In this document: positions 62,665 through 64,000 of the stretch, piece by piece
How the letters are laid out: each line of letters begins with the position of its first letter
Position numbering within the stretch: position 1 is the first letter of the stretch
Source: Isurus oxyrinchus
Lineage: Eukaryota
Assembly: GCA_026770705.1 (NCBI GenBank)
Contig: JANJGN010000026.1
Location: forward strand, 31,186,001 to 31,250,000
Direction of reading: 5' to 3'
Length of the DNA stretch: 64,000 bases
The notes under the pieces: generated by a model
Told to the model about the DNA's origin: nothing
Databases searched by the model: none
The model's input: only the letters and a program-made list of their open reading frames with translations
Translations under genes and position numbers: made by a program

Positions 62665-62990
62665 CCATGATTTTTTATTCATTCCTGGGATGTGGGTGTC
62701 AGTGGCTGGGGCCAGCAGTTACTGGCCATTCCTAAGTGCCCTTGTTCAGAGGGCAGTTAAGAATCATCACATTGCTGTGGGGTCTGGGGTCACAGATAGG
62801 CCAGAACAGGTAAGGGTTTTTAATAACAATCGACAATGGTTTCATGGTCATCTTTAGACTTTTAATTCCAGATTTTTATTGAATTCAAATTTCACCATCT
62901 GCAGTGGTGCGAATTGATCCCACATCCCCAGAGCGTTACCCTGGGTCTCTTGAATATGAGGACATCACAATGCCACTATGCCACCAGAAT
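62665..62990 (-). mobile_element. HE1-like SINE
   Basis: Homologous to 25595-25825 (gacaatggtttcatggtcatc..attcaaatttcaccatc). Confidence 0.75.
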
Positions 62991-63494
62991 GGGCACATGT
63001 ACGGGGCAATGTTTTAATGACTGGGAGGAGCTTGTTACCCATTGTTCAAAATGATGACAACTTGTCCATCAAGCTGTATTAACCTTTGAGCTGATCAATA
63101 ATGTCTTATTGATGAGGCAAAGCTGCAGCAGAGAAGGCAAGAAAAGGAAGAAAATCTTGCTCTCCTGATCTCACTACCTCATAGACGACCTGCCCCATGT
63201 GTCCAAAGATCTGTGTGTCTGTTCAGTCACATGAAGACCAACGGCAGAAACTCAGAACCCTGAGTAAACATCACCCTCTAATCAAGGGATTGCTGATGAC
63301 AATGAGGGACAATGTGCAGAGGACACATGTGAGGTCATCCTGGACCAGGGAGGAGGAGGACACAATGCTGTGAATTTCTATGCTGGGATAGATTTTGGAA
63401 ACTCCTTTTAAGGGGGTTAGAAGGGGAGGATTTATGCACAACAAACTCAAAGCAAGAAAAATATTTGTCTCCTCTGAATTTCCATCCTGGACTG

Positions 63495-64000
63495 ATAGTG
63501 ATTGCTTCTATAAACTCATGGGGTACCGGAAGCAGAGGTCTTTTTTAAGGAGTATCTTAAAGGAGGAAAGGAAGATATAGAGGTGGACAGGATTAGTAAT
63601 GAATTCCCAGAGTTTATGGCCTTGGCAGCTACAGGTACCAAATGTGGAGCAAAGGAAATTAGGAATTGTCAGGAAGTCAGAAGTAGAGTGCAGATATCTC
63701 GGAGGTAACAAAGGAATGGATGATAGTTTCAGCAGCAGATGAGCTGAGACTGGGGTGGATTCTGGCGATGTTACTAAGGTGGAATCCAGTCTTCATGATG
63801 ATGCAGGTATGTGGGTGGAGCTTGCCTTGGGGTCAAATATGACACCATTGTTTTGAACAATCTCCTTCAGCCTCAGGCAGTTGACAGGGAAGGGGGCTGG
63901 AGTCGGTGCCTAGGGAGTGAAGTTTGTAGTGGGGACTGAAGTCAACGGCTTCAGCCTTCTCAATATTTAAATAGAGGAAAATTCTCCTCATCCAGTGCTG
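63495..64000 (-). mobile_element. L2-like LINE fragment
   Basis: gagtatcttaaaggaggaaag..gaattcccagagtttatggccttggcagct..ttcagcctcaggcagttg; reverse homolog of 57650-58290. Confidence 0.7.

Overview
Eukaryotic, repeat-rich DNA from a cartilaginous fish. The V and C sequences resemble horn-shark/nurse-shark IgM as I recall them; the species is not verified. The main feature is one complete, unrearranged, cluster-type IgM heavy-chain locus on the + strand (31485-49899). It runs leader, VH, D1, D2, JH with readable 23 / 12-22 / 12-12 / 23 RSSs, then a 10.6 kb J-C intron (containing a 145-N gap), Cmu1-Cmu4 with secretory tail, TM1 and TM2. All exons splice in frame. Upstream lies a ~16 kb 54-bp (2x27) satellite invaded by CR1 LINEs and Penelope-like elements (PLEs). 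Downstream are LINE/SINE debris, decayed tRNA genes and a C2H2 zinc-finger relic. Most notable: (1) a ~1.6 kb G-rich, strand-biased 24-bp repeat upstream of Cmu1, positioned like a tetrapod switch region although sharks are held to lack them; (2) a remodelled Cmu2 (apparent 7-aa deletion, relocated Cys, weak acceptor, and skipping it would create a TAA); (3) a PLE family whose insertions (96 bp to 2.8 kb) carry minimal hammerhead ribozymes with variant cores and 10-14 bp target-site duplications, several with inverted geometry. Comparisons with other shark proteins are from memory, and repeat boundaries are approximate.
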